Shown here: in pieces, positions 40,255-53,845 of the stretch | Numbering within the stretch: the stretch's first letter is position 1 | Layout: each line of letters begins with the position of its first letter | Source of the DNA: Somniosus microcephalus | Taxonomy: Eukaryota | Assembly (NCBI GenBank): GCA_052327205.1 | Contig: CM126209.1 | Location: forward strand, 167,214,001-167,278,000 | Length of the DNA stretch: 64,000 nucleotides | Direction: 5' to 3' | Position numbers and translations under genes: made by a program | The notes under the pieces: model-generated | Seen by the model: the letters and a program-made list of their open reading frames with translations, nothing else | Database searches by the model: none | What the model was told of the DNA's origin: nothing

Positions 40255-42290
40255 GCTTCATTGTTACACTGAGAGGAGAGGGAAGTTATGGGCAGGATAG
40301 TAATAGATAGAGAAGACATACTAACAAGATTTGCATTACTGATTGTCGGGAAGTCACCTGGTCCGGATGGAATGCAGCCTAGGTTGCTGATAGGAGCAAT
40401 GGTAGAAATCGCAGAGGCACTGGTCACAATCTTTCAATCCTCATTAGATACAGGAGTAGCGCTGGAGGGTTGCTAATGTTATACCACCACTCAAGAAAGA
40501 GAGAGAGGGATAAACCAGGAAACCGTAGGCCTAACCTCGGTGGTGGGGAAGTTATTGGAAACCATTATCAGGGACAAAATAAACTTTCACTTGGAAAGGC
40601 ATAGATTAATCAGGAAAGCCAGCATGGATTTGTTAAAGGCAAATTGTGTCTTACTAACTTGATTGAATTCTTCAATGAGGTAACAGAGAAGGTTGATCAA
40701 GGTAGTGAAGTCGTTGTATTTGAGGAGAGATTGTGTCGATTGGGCTTATACTCACTGGAGTTTAGAAGATTGAGAGGGGATCTCATCGAAACCTATAAAA
40801 TTCTGTCAGGCCTGGACAGACTAGATGCAGGAAGGATGTTTCTGATGGCTGGGGAGTCCAGAACCAGGGGTCATAGTTTAAGGGTAAGGGGTAAGCCATT
40901 TAGGACTGAAATGAGGAGGAATTTCTTCACCCAGAGAATGGTGAACCTGTGGAATTCTCTGCCACAGAGGGCGGTGGAGGCCAGTTCATTAAATATATTC
41001 AAGAAAGAGTTGGATATATTTCTTAAGGCTAAAGGGATCAAGGGATATGGGGAGAAGGCAGGGACAGGGTACTGAATTTGGATGATCAGCCATGATCTCA
41101 TTGAATGGCGGAGCAGGCTCGAAGGGCCGAATGGCCTACTCCTGCTCCTATGTTTCTACATGGACTTTAAGAAGGCATTCGACAAAAAGCCACACAGGAA
41201 GCTTGTTAAGAAGATAGAAGCCCATGGAATTAAGGGGAAAGCGGTGGTATGGATACAGAATCGGCTCAGTGACAGGAAGCAGAGGGTGGTGGAGGATGGA
41301 TGCTTTTCAGACGGAGGTGTTCCCCAAGAGTCAGTTTTGGGTTCATTACTCTTCAATTTTTAGAAATGATCTAGACTCGGGTGTGGGGAGCAGCATTATA
41401 AAGATGCAAATGATACAAAACTTGACAATGTAGCAGTGATGAGGATAGTTGTAGGCTTCAGGGTGATGGGACAGGATGGTGAAGTGGACAGAAGCGTGAA
41501 GTGGACAGAAGCATGGCAAATGGAGTTCGCTGTGGAGAAGTGTGAACTGATGCACTTTGGGAGGACTAAAATGAAAAGACAGCATACTATAAATGGCACG
41601 ATTTTGAAAAGCTTAGATGAGCAGAGACACCTTGGTGTCCATATTCACAAATCCTTAAAGATGGCAGAGCAAGCTAATTAACTTTAAAAAGGCAATTGAT
41701 TTTTAAAATAGAGGCATAGAATATAAAAGCAAAGAGATCATGCTAGAACTTTATAAATTGTTGGTTAGGCCTTGGCTGGAGTATTGTGGACAATTCTGGG
41801 CAACACACTTCAGGAAAGATGTAAAGGCATTAGAAAGGGTACAGAGGAGGTTTATGAGGATGTTACCAGGGATGAGGGACTCCAGTTATGAGGAGAGGAC
41901 TGTTCTCCTTGGAACAGGGAAGATTAAGAGGTGACCTGATAGAGGTTTGCAAGGTGATGAGAGGTTTTGATAGAGCAGACAGAGAAAAACTATTCCCTCT
42001 GGCGGGTGGGTCAACAACTAGAGGTCATACATTTAAAATCATTGGCAAAAGATATCAAGGGGAGATGAGAAAAAAAAGTCAGTGTTGTTGGGATCTGGAA
42101 CACTCGAAGCCGATTCCATGAATAATTTTCAAAGGGAGTTAGACAGGTACTCAAGGATGAGGAACCTACAGGGTCACAGTCAAAAAGCAGGGATGTGGGA
42201 CTAGGCATAACTGCTCTTTCAAAGTGCCAGCACAGGCATGAAAGGTGGAATGGCCTCTTTTTGTGCTGCAAGTTTCTGTGATTCTATGAC
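40255..42290 (+). mobile_element. Old CR1 LINE with a younger CR1 3' end (40720-41158) inserted in its RT domain
   Basis: The host motif VV|YMDFKKAFDK is split by a segment closely similar to 18940-19373. Confidence 0.9.
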
Positions 42291-43026
42291 TGGTTCATGC
42301 ACACCCCTGAATCAGTGAATCAGTGTCTAGTTTTAACAGTGGAATGGGACAGGTTTTACTCAGGAACTTTAACCTTTGGATTCAATTACAGCACTTTGAC
42401 TTGCTCTAACGTGTACGCTGGTTTGAAAGTGGTTGTGGTTTTCCCTGAACAGGACCACATTGAAACTCATTTGTTTTATTCAAATGATAGAGATCACTTC
42501 CAACTTCATTGATGTCTATTGTATTGTACTTGCAGTGCTCCACCCCACCCAAAATTCCTGTTCCTTAAAATGATAAATGACCCCTCATGTGCATTCTATG
42601 TGGAATTATCTATTCTGACTATAACCGGATTCCACCCACTTCCTGTTCAAAACTTACCTCATAACTAGATGCTGCTTTGTTAAGATAACTTAACAGTTTT
42701 AGTAGCCAACTAGTAAACACAAACCAGTGAAGCAGTGAAAGCTCCCTACGCAGCAGAGTCAAATGCACTTATGACATTTGAATAGTTGTCACCAGATTCA
42801 CTGAAGTTGTTTAAACAATTCTCACGTAACATCAACGTGAAGAAATGGTCTACAGTTTGCTTTGCACCAAATGGCTCCCTCTTTCAAATTGCCATATCAA
42901 GATGGAAATTTATACATCCTTGTGACAGTTCACTCATCAACTTTTTTTTAAATCAGATGTCACAGACCTCTAAACTGAAGGAGTTGGGAATTAAAAATAC
43001 CTCCATGTACAGCAGATACTCAACTA

Positions 43027-43343
43027 CAGGAAACTATGTCCGGAAAGCTCTATCTACCGGCAAAATTCAGGAGCCGTTTCCTATAAGTTTTTTTTTTACT
43101 TCTCGTTGCTTTTTTTTTTCCAGTCAGGCTCTGCAAGGTCTAGCTGAAGCTGTTGCTTAGCTACAGAGATGCTTTTAAGCTGTGGCCGACTGTTTTGAAG
43201 CTGTTGCTAAGCAACAGGGTTTGTTGATTCACACGGAGCTCAAAAGCTCCGTATGTTTTAACATTAGCGCTGGTTTCTACGGCAGTTTTGATGGTACGGC
43301 ACCAGCTCGGTCCCGTCAGTGCCGGATACCAGAAAGTTTCCTG
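43027..43343. mobile_element. Tc1/mariner-superfamily MITE, copy 3
   Basis: TA|caggaaact ... aagtttcctg|TA. Confidence 0.85.
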
Positions 43344-46053
43344 TAGTATTATAGTTGTGCAAGTTCTACTGGATGTCAATCATAAAATCCCCTATTCGAT
43401 CATTTGTAACCACATTAATTCTTAAGAAAACAGACACATATTAGACACTTGCAACAACCCCAAATGACCAGGTCAGATTAGCAATGATTTATTTAGGAAC
43501 ATGTGACTGAGCCTTTGGATCTGGTTCCACTTTTTGTTCCATTAGTGCTTCTCTGACACTCACAAGAACTCTGAATGAACACTTCTTTAGTTAGAATAAA
43601 TCCTTGTTGAACACGACAGGGAACTAAATATCTGCAACAACTGAATAATTTCAAGACAGATTTGTAAAAAAAAAAATCAAAAATATTCACGTGTTGCCAG
43701 TTATGGAAATTCTAATCATGCAAGTTTTAGAGAAACAAGAATCTTGGGGAAAACTATAAATCACATGAACTCGGGGTGTCAGAATTGCACAGCGTACTGG
43801 ATTTCCATCTTGCTGTGCCAGGGAACGTCAAGACACAGGTTTGTATCTGCATTTCCAACATGGACTCTCTGGTCCTCCGGGATTGCCCCACCATATGGAG
43901 GTACTGAACACATCCGGCGGATTTCCGACTCTACCCACAATCCGCACAAAGATAGGCTTATAGTCAGTTATCTCATTCACACAAAGCAGACTTTGAATGA
44001 AAGGGTAACTTGTTGATATTGTACAGTTACCACAAGGATCATTTTCTGGGCACTGCAACGAACTGATGGAATGAAAGCCTTTATGACAGATTAATACTAT
44101 TGGATTGGCTGCCAACATCCATAACCCCATTCCCCTGTGCATGCAGTCAATCTCACCCAACATTCTGCCACCTAAGTAGCCCCAACATCTGGTCTAGTTG
44201 CCACATAACAATAACACAATGTTTTAAAATTGATGCCAGGAATGACCCACTGGGCAGAATACTAATGGCTGCTGTCACTCACAACTATAGAGCAGCTGCA
44301 ATCACTAATAGGTATATCTATTTCCAGCATTACACATACTTGGGACAACATCTTCCTGAAAAATGTGCACTCCATATATACTCTTCCTCTGATAATCCTA
44401 AACTAAAATACAAGACCCATACAGACTCTCCAATTGGGCAAGACTTTCTCCTCATAACATGCCTTGTTTGTCTTCACCTTCCATTCTCTCCACTCTTTCA
44501 CCAACAGAATTATTATTGCAACTAGTGATGCAACCATCATACTTGGTGTCCAACATGTGCACACACATTTCTATTGTTCAAGCCTGGTCAGAAACACAAG
44601 AAATTACATTAATCCCAATAACTTGGTGTAAATTTTAGTCCAGCAGCATAAACAATTTGCATTTATATAGCACCTTTAACATCGGAGGTGCTTCACTGGA
44701 AATATTTGCAGACATGTTAAACCTACAAACAAATATGTAAACTTGTATAAAACCGTAGCCTTAATGTCTGGACTATTTGCCACATGGCAATAAGATATTG
44801 TAAAAATGGTGTGAAATACCCTGATTTTGGAGCATACAGCAGAGGGGGGGGGGGGGGGGGGGGGGGAAGACACATTGTTTCAGAGCATCTTAAAAGAGAA
44901 GTGACCCAGTGATTTTTCCAACACTTTTCTTATTTTGAGATATCAAAACTGCTCCACACGCCATACCAGATATAAGGAACTGACTTAAACTCTCATGATT
45001 CACTGATGCAGCTAATTAAAAGACTTGTCTGTATTGTTTATTGAAGGTGTGCAGGCTGCATCCAAAACATTGAGTAAATTTTCCTCATATTAACATTATG
45101 ACACAAGGTCCAAACAATGCTGCAAGGTAAACGTGAGAAAGAATCAACTGCAAGTTAAATGTCTCTCGCAATACGCACATTACAAAACAGGAATTTCCTT
45201 CCCCGCTCTTAATTGCTGCACATTTGTTTAATACCAAACGCTTGAGGGGCTGAGCACAGCGCTTGGTTATAATTGTGCTGTAACCACCTTCCCACAAAAA
45301 GAATTCAATGCTCAAAATTAAAACTCCAGTGGATGGAAGCTGCTGCCTTATTTACATATTGACTACTGGATTCCACTTATTTAAACAAAAACTGTAAAAG
45401 CAATCTCAAGTATCAAAACAAAGCCCCACAACAAAGTGTGAACATATTTGCACGTCCATTGGACCGGTCATACTCCCAAATTGCCCCTCACCCTCCAAAA
45501 ACAAGTTGCTGCATGTAATCGGTTAGCATGTTAAGTATTTTCTGAGCTCAACAATAAATATTTAATAGCATAATGGCCTCAGGTTTCCTGTTTGTACAGG
45601 AAGATTATTATACACTGCGTGCCCAACCAAACCCACATATTGTTGTCTCGATGGATAAAGTTGAACAGGCTATTTGGACTACACTGATAAATCAGTGGAT
45701 AAATGTAGCATAGTGACGCATAACTGGAAGGGCCCAGGTGGCACCTCTGACCTGTGCGGAGTTAACAGGCTATAGCTGGGAAAACAGTGTGGACTTCGCA
45801 ATTCTGGTGAGCACCTCTAAATTAGGCAAGAGAGGTTGGGGGGGGGGGGGGGGGGGGAGGAGGAGAGAGAGAGAGAAAAAGAAAAAAAACCCAGACAGAG
45901 AGACAGACAGACATTATGCAGGCCACAAGGATCTAAAGCTAGGTCATTTCTGGTTATGAGTTTTTACAAAATAGAACTGGCTCCCAGGAATTGGTGCTCA
46001 AACGGAGATCCACTACTGCCATGTGCCCTTCTCCATTTGCTTTTCTTCCTGCT

Positions 46054-46247
46054 TGTAATGTATATACCTTTAAGGGGGGGGAACTATCTTTTACAGCTCA
46101 TGTATACTGCAGTACCGGCAGTGACCACACCTGTATATAGTACGGAGTAGTAATCTGTACAGATCAGTTCCCGTGTGAGCCACGTTGCGTAAACACCTGT
46201 TGTACCGTTCTCCTGCAGTCTGTGTCTTATTATACACAGACACAACA
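46054..46247 (+). repeat. 5' LTR (194 bp)
   Basis: Direct repeat of 50820-51011; by eye 5 substitutions and a 2-nt poly-G difference. Confidence 0.97.
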
Positions 46248-46781
46248 TTGGCGACAAGGCAAGTTCAAACCTACCTGCAACTCTGCATCACCTCCCGGGG
46301 ATTCGTTCCTGGAGATCAGTGGATTGGAGGTCAAGGCCAGAGACTCGGGCGTCGACAACTGGCAACCGCCCAGTCATCCAGCAGAGACTCGAGAATTGCG
46401 GGGGAGGCTGTCGAGAGCCAGGCTTGGCTTTCCAGTCGAGGTGGTCCTGCGAAACGGGCTGGCAACAGGTACTGTGCAGACCCTTCCCGGACAGCGGCGG
46501 GCTAGAGCCCGACCGAGCGGCACAGCAAAGGGCCGAGCAGCGTCGACGGGGGAGAGGGGGCAGAGCGCACAGGGTGCAGCCAGTGTTCAGGGGCCGAGCA
46601 GAAACCCGCGAGGCGCCGCCATTGCCACGAGGACCGCCAAGAGCGGCGTTGGCAGCAGCGCAGGAGAAGCGCGTGAAACCTACAGGGCGCCGCCATTGCC
46701 ACGAGAACCACCGGGAGCGGCGTTAGCAGCAGCGGGGGAGGAAGGAAAGCACGGGAGACGCCATTTTAAACCACACCCAAA

Positions 46782-49700
46782 ATGCCGAAGAGTGGCAGTA
46801 TCACCGCATTTGACAATGAAGTCGAAGATTGGACTACATATGTCGAACGAATAGAGGTATACTGCAAGGCAAATGAGGTGTCAGATGACAAGTAAGCGTC
46901 AGTATTGTTAAATTTAATGGGTGCACAGACGTATGGTTTATTACGAAATCTAGTAACCCCAACGAAGCCAATGGAAAAGAGTTTTGAAGACATAGTAACG
47001 ATACTACAGGAACATTTAAACCCCACACCGCTGCTGATAGCAGAAAGATTCAAGTTTCACAAACGGAACCAGCATAAGGATGAAAGAAATGCTGATTATT
47101 TAACAGAACTACGCAAACTATCGAAACACTGCCAGTTTGGAGCGGGACTGGCAGATACCTTAAGGGACAAGTTTGTGTGTGGGCTTCAAAGTGAAGGAAC
47201 CCAGAAACGGCTTTTATCTGAAAAGGACCTTATGCTGGAAAAGGCTTTCAGCATTGCGGTATCATATGAAGCAGCAGCACGGGGCGCTGCAGAGATACAA
47301 CAGAGACCACAAGAATATGGCACAAACGAAATGTCATATAGAACAGAGAAGTGCTATCGCTGAGGCAGAACACACAACCAGAATGATTGCTGGTTCAAAG
47401 ACAAAGTGTGCAGACAGTGTGGAAAAGTAGGACACATAGCACGAGTCTGCAGGTCGGGAAAGAAAACCAGCAATAAGAAACCTACCAAAGAAAAGTAGAA
47501 GAAGGTAGATAAGATGACGGAGAACAGTTCAGACGAACAAAAGAGTGATAACGACTCCGAAAGCAGGGAACCGAGTTGTCTGAAACTACATATGATCACA
47601 ACGGAGGATCACCGAACCATTTGGGTCACTCGCAAGATAGCAGGAGTCCAGGTAAAGATGGAATTGGACACAGGATCAGCCCTAACAGTCATAAACCGAT
47701 GGGACTATGAGCGGCTATTCTCACACATACCCTTGAGAGACACAAAAATTATTTTGAAGACGTACACGGGGCAAAAAGTCTACCCCAAAGGAAAAATAAG
47801 GGTGACCGTTATATATAACGGTAAGGAAACACTAAAACTAGACCTGTATGTATTGCAAGATGGAGGACCACCATTACTGGGACGTGAATGGATCCGGAAA
47901 ATACAACTGGATTGGCATTCCATATAGGCACTGACTGTGGCTGACAAAAAGGATGACGACGTCACACCTGGGCGACTGTCAAAGATCCTAACTGACGCGA
48001 AAGAAGTGTTCCAGCAAGGACTCGGAACACTAAAAGGCATGACAGCGACGATTAAAATTGAAGAAAACGCAAGCCCAAAAATGTTTAAGGCCAGACCGGT
48101 ACCTTATGCGATCCGCCCAGCCATCGAAGCAGAGCTGGAGAGTCTGGAACGTTCAGGAGTACTGTACAAGGTAGACTGGAGTGAGTGGGCTACACCCATC
48201 GTCCCTGTGATGAAAAAGTCATTGAGCAGCACGCCTGGGGAACCAAGGAAGGCTCGCATCTGTGGGGACTTTAAGGTAACAGTGAACCCGGTCCTTCACA
48301 CCGTACAATATCCACTTCCGCAGATTGAAGATATTTTCGCCGCGCTATCTGGAGGGAAACGCTTCACTAAGATTGATCTGGCCCAGGCGTATCTGTAAAT
48401 GGAGGTAGAAGAAACATCAAAAAAATACCTCACAATCAACACCCATAAAGGTCTCTACCAATACAACCGGCTGGTATTCGGGGTAGCATCAGCTCCGGCT
48501 ATTTGGCAGAGGGCAATGGAACAAGTCCTGCAAGGGATCCCAGGGACCCAGTGTTATTTGGACGACATCCTGGTCACGGGCGAAAATGATCACCTTGCCA
48601 ACCTGGAGCAGGTGCTCACTAGATTGCAGGAATATGGGCTCCGAGCTAACCGCCCCAAATGCGAGTTTTTTAGAAAACAGATCTCGTATTGTGGCCACGC
48701 TATCGATAGAGGGGTTACATAAGTCCCCAGAGAAGATTGAGGCAGTAGTCATGGCTCCAACACCGGAAAATGTGTCACAACTTAGGTCGTTCCTCGGGCT
48801 GGTAAACTACTACCATAAGTTCTTGCCAAATTTGTCTACAATACTACACCCACTGAACACCCTACTGCAAACTGGGGTGCCATGGAAGTGGAGTGACGAA
48901 TGTAGACGAGCTTTCCAGAAGGGCAAAACACTAATCACATCGAAAGAGGTATTGGCCCATTGCAACCCGGCATTACCAATTCGGTTGGCATGTGATGCGT
49001 CACCCTACGGCATTGGAGCGGTGCTGTCGCACAAATTCTCGGACAGCTCAGAGAGGCCAATAGCCTTTGCGTCACGATCACTAACCTCAGCCGAGCGTAA
49101 CTACGCCCAGATTGACAGGGAGGCCCTCAGCTTAGTGTGGGGAGTGAAAAAGTTGAATCACTATCTGCACGGGCAGAAATTCACCTTGCTGACTGATCAC
49201 CAGCCTCTTGTCTCCATTTTTAATCCGAAGAAGGGCGTTCCGGTGATGACTGCGCAACGACTACAAAGATGGTCACTTTTTCTAGGGGTGCACCACTATG
49301 AGATTGAATATAAGGGCACGAAACAGCATGGAAATGCTGATGGGCTATCATGCCTGCCACTGCCTACTGCAGAGGAAGCACCAGCAGTGGATCCTGTCGA
49401 AATATTCCATTCGACTATAGTTGAATACTAACGCTTGTATCGAAAAGGAAACCCGAAATGACCCGACACGGTCTCGGGTGTATGATTTGACGGTGAAGGG
49501 ATGGCCAGCACATGGCGACTCACTGTTGCCAGCATTCTCGACAAGGAGAGAACAGCTGTCAGTGTGCCGGGGGACCTTGATGTGTGGACCCCGAGTGGTA
49601 ATTCCACCCAAGTTAAGGGATAGAGTGCTCAATGAGCTTCATGAGGGTCATCTGGGAGGGGTAAAAATGAAAAGCCTAGCCAGGGCTTATGTGTGGTGGC

Positions 49701-50710
49701 CGGGAATCGATAAACAAATCGAGGACCTGACCAAGAGCTGCTCAGGATGCCAGAAAGTCCAAAATGCACCACCACAGGCCCCTCTACACCCATGGGAGTG
49801 GCCCTCATCTCCATGGCAATGGGTGCATATTGATTTTGCTGGTCCATTCATGGACTCGATGTTTTTAATAGCCATGGATGCGCACTCGAAATGGCCTGAG
49901 GTCATCAAAATGTCCTCCACCACCACGGAGAAAACTATTGCAGTCCTACGGACCATTTTTGCCAGGAATGGCTTGCCAGAACAGATCTGCTCCGACAACA
50001 GACCACAGTTTGTGTCCGAAGAGTTCCGGAGGTTCTTGAAAAAGAATGGGGTAAGGCATTACACATCCGCCCCGTATCATCCAGCCACAAATGGATTGGC
50101 TGAGAGGTTCGTACAAACCTTTAAGAAGGCAATAAAGGCTATGTACAATGACAACATTCCGCTGCAGCACAAGGTGGACAATTTCCTGTTCGCCTACCGG
50201 AATGCGACACATGCAGTCACCAACCAGGCCCCAGCCATGATGTTCTTTAACCGAAGGTTAAGATCTTGCCTGGATTTGCTCAGACCAAACGTACGAAGAG
50301 ATGTTGAGAGCAAGAAATTCCAGCACATCCATGAGAAGCCAACAAGGAGCTTCAATGTAGGGCAACCAGTCTTGGCCCGCGACTACCGAACAGAAAAATG
50401 GCAGCCAGGAACAATATGCACACGGCAGGGCCCACTAATGTACACAGTGGACGTTGGGGAGAGCATTGTGAGACGCCATGCTGACCAGATCCTAGAGTCA
50501 CAGGAACAAGTCAACCCCATGCCTCGCCCATACGTACCTGGTGATGAACCCGACGTACAGGTCGCATCTACCCCAGAAACAGTAGCATCGGAAGCTGATG
50601 AACCAACCGACGACAGGGGGCCAGAATCGCCTCCGCACCAAGAGCGAGACACTCGGGAAAGGCGCTATCCAGAAAGGATCAGGAAGCCTCCCCAAAGACT
50701 GAATATATAA
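46782..50710 (+). pseudogene. Gypsy gag-pol polyprotein, disrupted
   Basis: DWTTYVER gag start, CRQCGKVGHIARVC zinc knuckle, LDTGS protease, YLDD RT, CDASPYG RNase H, HHCC and HIDFAGP/GLAER integrase; several in-frame stops and two frameshifts. Confidence 0.93.
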
Positions 50711-50819
50711 ATAGACTATTTTCAGCTAATGTTGCATGTTAAAAGTGTTAATTGTAATTAGTTTGATATTTAATTGTTAAATGAGTGTTATGGTACTGTT
50801 AATCTAAAAGGGGAGGAAT

Positions 50820-51011
50820 TGTAATGTATATACCTTTAAGGGGGGAACTATCTTTTACAGCTCATGTATACTGCAGTACCGGCAGTGACCACACCTGTAT
50901 ATAGCCCTGAGTAGTAATCTGTACAGATCAGTTCCAGTGTGAGCCACGTTGAGTAAACACCTGTTGTACCGTTCTCCTGCAGTCTGTGTCTTATTATACA
51001 CAGACACAACA
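50820..51011 (+). repeat. 3' LTR (192 bp)
   Basis: Follows the PPT, ends in CA, then the TSD. Confidence 0.97.
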
Positions 51012-52319
51012 CTGCTGCCATTTCAAATCAAGACGAATACCTGCAGTGCCCATGGCCAAGAGGAAGGGAACCTATTCTCACTGCGCTTTTAGTTTAACTG
51101 GAGACTAAATGGCACTGCAAGACACAGAAATTTAAAACCTTCTTTTATCCTGGAATGCCTAATTATGCCACTCTCTCTCATTTACCTGTATTGCAGTGCA
51201 GCCAGTCTCACTGTTGGCTGACTGCTAATTTATTCCAGGCAGTTGTGCACAAGCACAATGCTAATATTTTAAACGCACACACAGATGTAATGATCTTCAT
51301 GGCGAGATCCAACCTTTTAACGTTTCAAGGTGTTAAATTGGATTAATTTGGCTTTATAACATCCAATGTGCATGCTGCATTAACATTTCAGCCAAACATG
51401 TATTAAACTGCACTTTAGCAGTTTAAAATATTAAACTGCTACATATTATTTGTGTGACTGAACTCAGCATGTAAACAGCTTCACCAGTTTGTTACTTTTT
51501 TTTGTCTTGTGCATTCTTCCTCCAGTCTGCCTTCTTTCTCACCAGTTATAGAAAACCAGGTTTTGAAACATTAAATGAGGGTCATATTGAATCACCATTT
51601 TGACACAAAATAAAACATAATAATCAAAAGCCAATTAAATGAGGGAACACATAGAAGAGAGCCAAGGAAGATCGAACAGAAATTCAAATTAGAAGATATG
51701 AGAGAATTGTTGGGACAATTTTTATATTAGTGTAGTGCAATAGATCTCACACACTTGGGAAAAACGCTTAGTACCGGCAGTTACTGAAGTTCAAGGTGGT
51801 TTAGAAAATTGGCCACGACTGTTCTCTAACACAGAAATTCTAAACTTTTAACTTCCTCATCAAGAGTTCTCCATGTAGTAAAATCACTGATTTGTCAGTC
51901 AGAGCTTCACAGCAGATCAGCTAAATTTAGAAATAGCTTCATTTTTAATAATGAAGCATCTGTTTGGCAGAAGAATTCCTGTAGAATTTATACAAATATT
52001 GCTCCCTAACAGTCCATGCCATACATACTTTGACCTCTCAATAATCAGAGCTACTTTAAAAACCGACACTGAATGCTAGCAAAGGCAGGGATCTAAATTT
52101 GTCTCCAAGTTTCACAGATTGGCAGAATATTCAAAACTCCATCAGATTTCTTAAATAGAACATTTTTCAATTAAGAGGCAAAACAATCTTGTAAAACAAA
52201 TATTCAAATGAACTAACAAAGCAATATAGGATGCCTAATATAGATAGGTTACATAATAACAATAATGTATATACAACAATATAGAGTAATGTATATACAC
52301 CCCTGTACAACAATATAGA

Positions 52320-53845
52320 GTACCTTCAATCTATCGTTTCACAGAGGTGGAATCAGACAAAAAGTAGACGTCGAGCCAAAGGAGGAGATATTAGGGGGCT
52401 GACCGAAAGCTTGGTCCAAGAGCTGGGTTTTAAAGGAGCGTCTTAAAGGTGGAAAGTGAGGTGAAAAGGCTAAGAGTTTTAGGGAGGGAATTCCAAAGCA
52501 TGCGACCCAGGTGCTGAAGGTATAGGACTACCAATGGTGGGGCGAAGGGAGTGAGGGATGCACAAGAGGACAGAGTCAGAGGAACAGGCAACTGTTGGGG
52601 GGGGGGGGGGGGGGGGGGAAAAAGAGAAAGAGTTGTAGGGCTGGAGGAGGGAGGGGTGAGCCCACGAAGGGATCAAAATACAAGAATGAGAATTTTCAAT
52701 TGAAGGTGTTGGAGGACTAGGAGGTCAGCAAGGACAGGAGTGATGGGCGAGCAGGACTTGGTGCAGGTTATGGGCAGCAGAGTGTTGGATGAACTGAAGT
52801 TTATGGAGGTTGGAGGATAAGAGACCAGCCAGGAGAGCTTTGGAATAGTCGAGTCTAGAGATCACAAAGACATAGATGACAGCTTCAGCAGCAGTGGAGG
52901 CAAGGCATGGACAGAACCAGGTGGTGCTACAGAGGTGGAAGTAGGCTGTCTTTGTGATGGTGAAGATATGGGGTTAAATAGGACACAGAGGTTGCAAACT
53001 TCAGGTTCCACAGTGACCATGAGGGGGATGGAATCAGAGGCAAGAGTATGGAGTTTGTGCCAGGGGCCAAAGATGATGGTTTTGTTCTTTCCAATGTTTA
53101 ACCAGAGGAAATGGCAGCTCATCCAAGACTGCATGTTGGACAAGCAGTTTGACAACAGAGGCAGTGGAAGGGTCGAGAGAGGTAAAGCTGAGTGTCGTCA
53201 GCATACACATGGAAGTTGATCCAATGTCTGCAGATGATGCCACCAAGGGACGGCATATAGATGAGGAAGAGGAGGGGGCCAAGGATAGATCCTTGGGGAA
53301 TGCCAGAGACAACGGCAGGAAGAGAGGCCATTCCTGGAGATGGTCTAGCTATGATTTGACAGGCAAGAGTGGAACTGAGCGAGGTCAATCCCACTTAGCT
53401 GGACAATGGAGTAGGAGCATTGGAGGAGGATAGTATCGTCAACAATGTCAAAGGCTGCAGCAAGATCAAGGAGGAGGAGGGGGGAAAATGCTTCACTGCC
53501 ACAGACGATGTAATTTGTGGCTTTCAGTGTGAAACCCTGATTGGAGATATTCAAACATGGAGTTGCGGGAAAGATCAAAAAAGATTTGAGACGCGACAAC
53601 ACGTTCAAGGACTTGAGAGGAAAGGGAGGTTGGAGTTGGGGCTGTAGTTCGCAAGGACAAAGGGGTCGATAGTGTTTTTAAAAAAGAGTGATGACTGCTA
53701 TTTTGAAATGGCAAGGGCTAGTATTTAAGGAGAGGGAGCCATTTACAATATGAGCTGGCATGGGGGCCAGGAAGGAAGGTTGGGTGGCCAGCACTTTAGT
53801 GATATGGGGGTCAAAGGAGCAGGATATGAGTCTTGTGGACATGAA
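52320..53845 (-). mobile_element. L2 LINE fragment
   Basis: [30 protein letters not shown] and YADDTQLY motifs. Confidence 0.88.

Larger units (their letters stand above)
46054..51011 (+). mobile_element. Full-length Ty3/Gypsy LTR retrotransposon (K02A2.6/Mag-like), inactivated
   Basis: TG..CA LTRs, 5-bp TSD ctgct (46049-53, 51012-16), PBS tggcgac, PPT aaaaggggaggaa, domain order gag-PR-RT-RH-IN. Confidence 0.97.

Noticed and set aside
44843-44866. Poly-G runs (also ~6820, 45838, 52596, 60309) as functional G-quadruplexes
   Set aside because: Simple homopolymers prone to slippage and sequencing error; no supporting context.
46222-46854. 210-aa ORF as an extra Gypsy gene
   Set aside because: Non-ATG start, low-complexity product and no recognisable domain; expected in GC-rich DNA.
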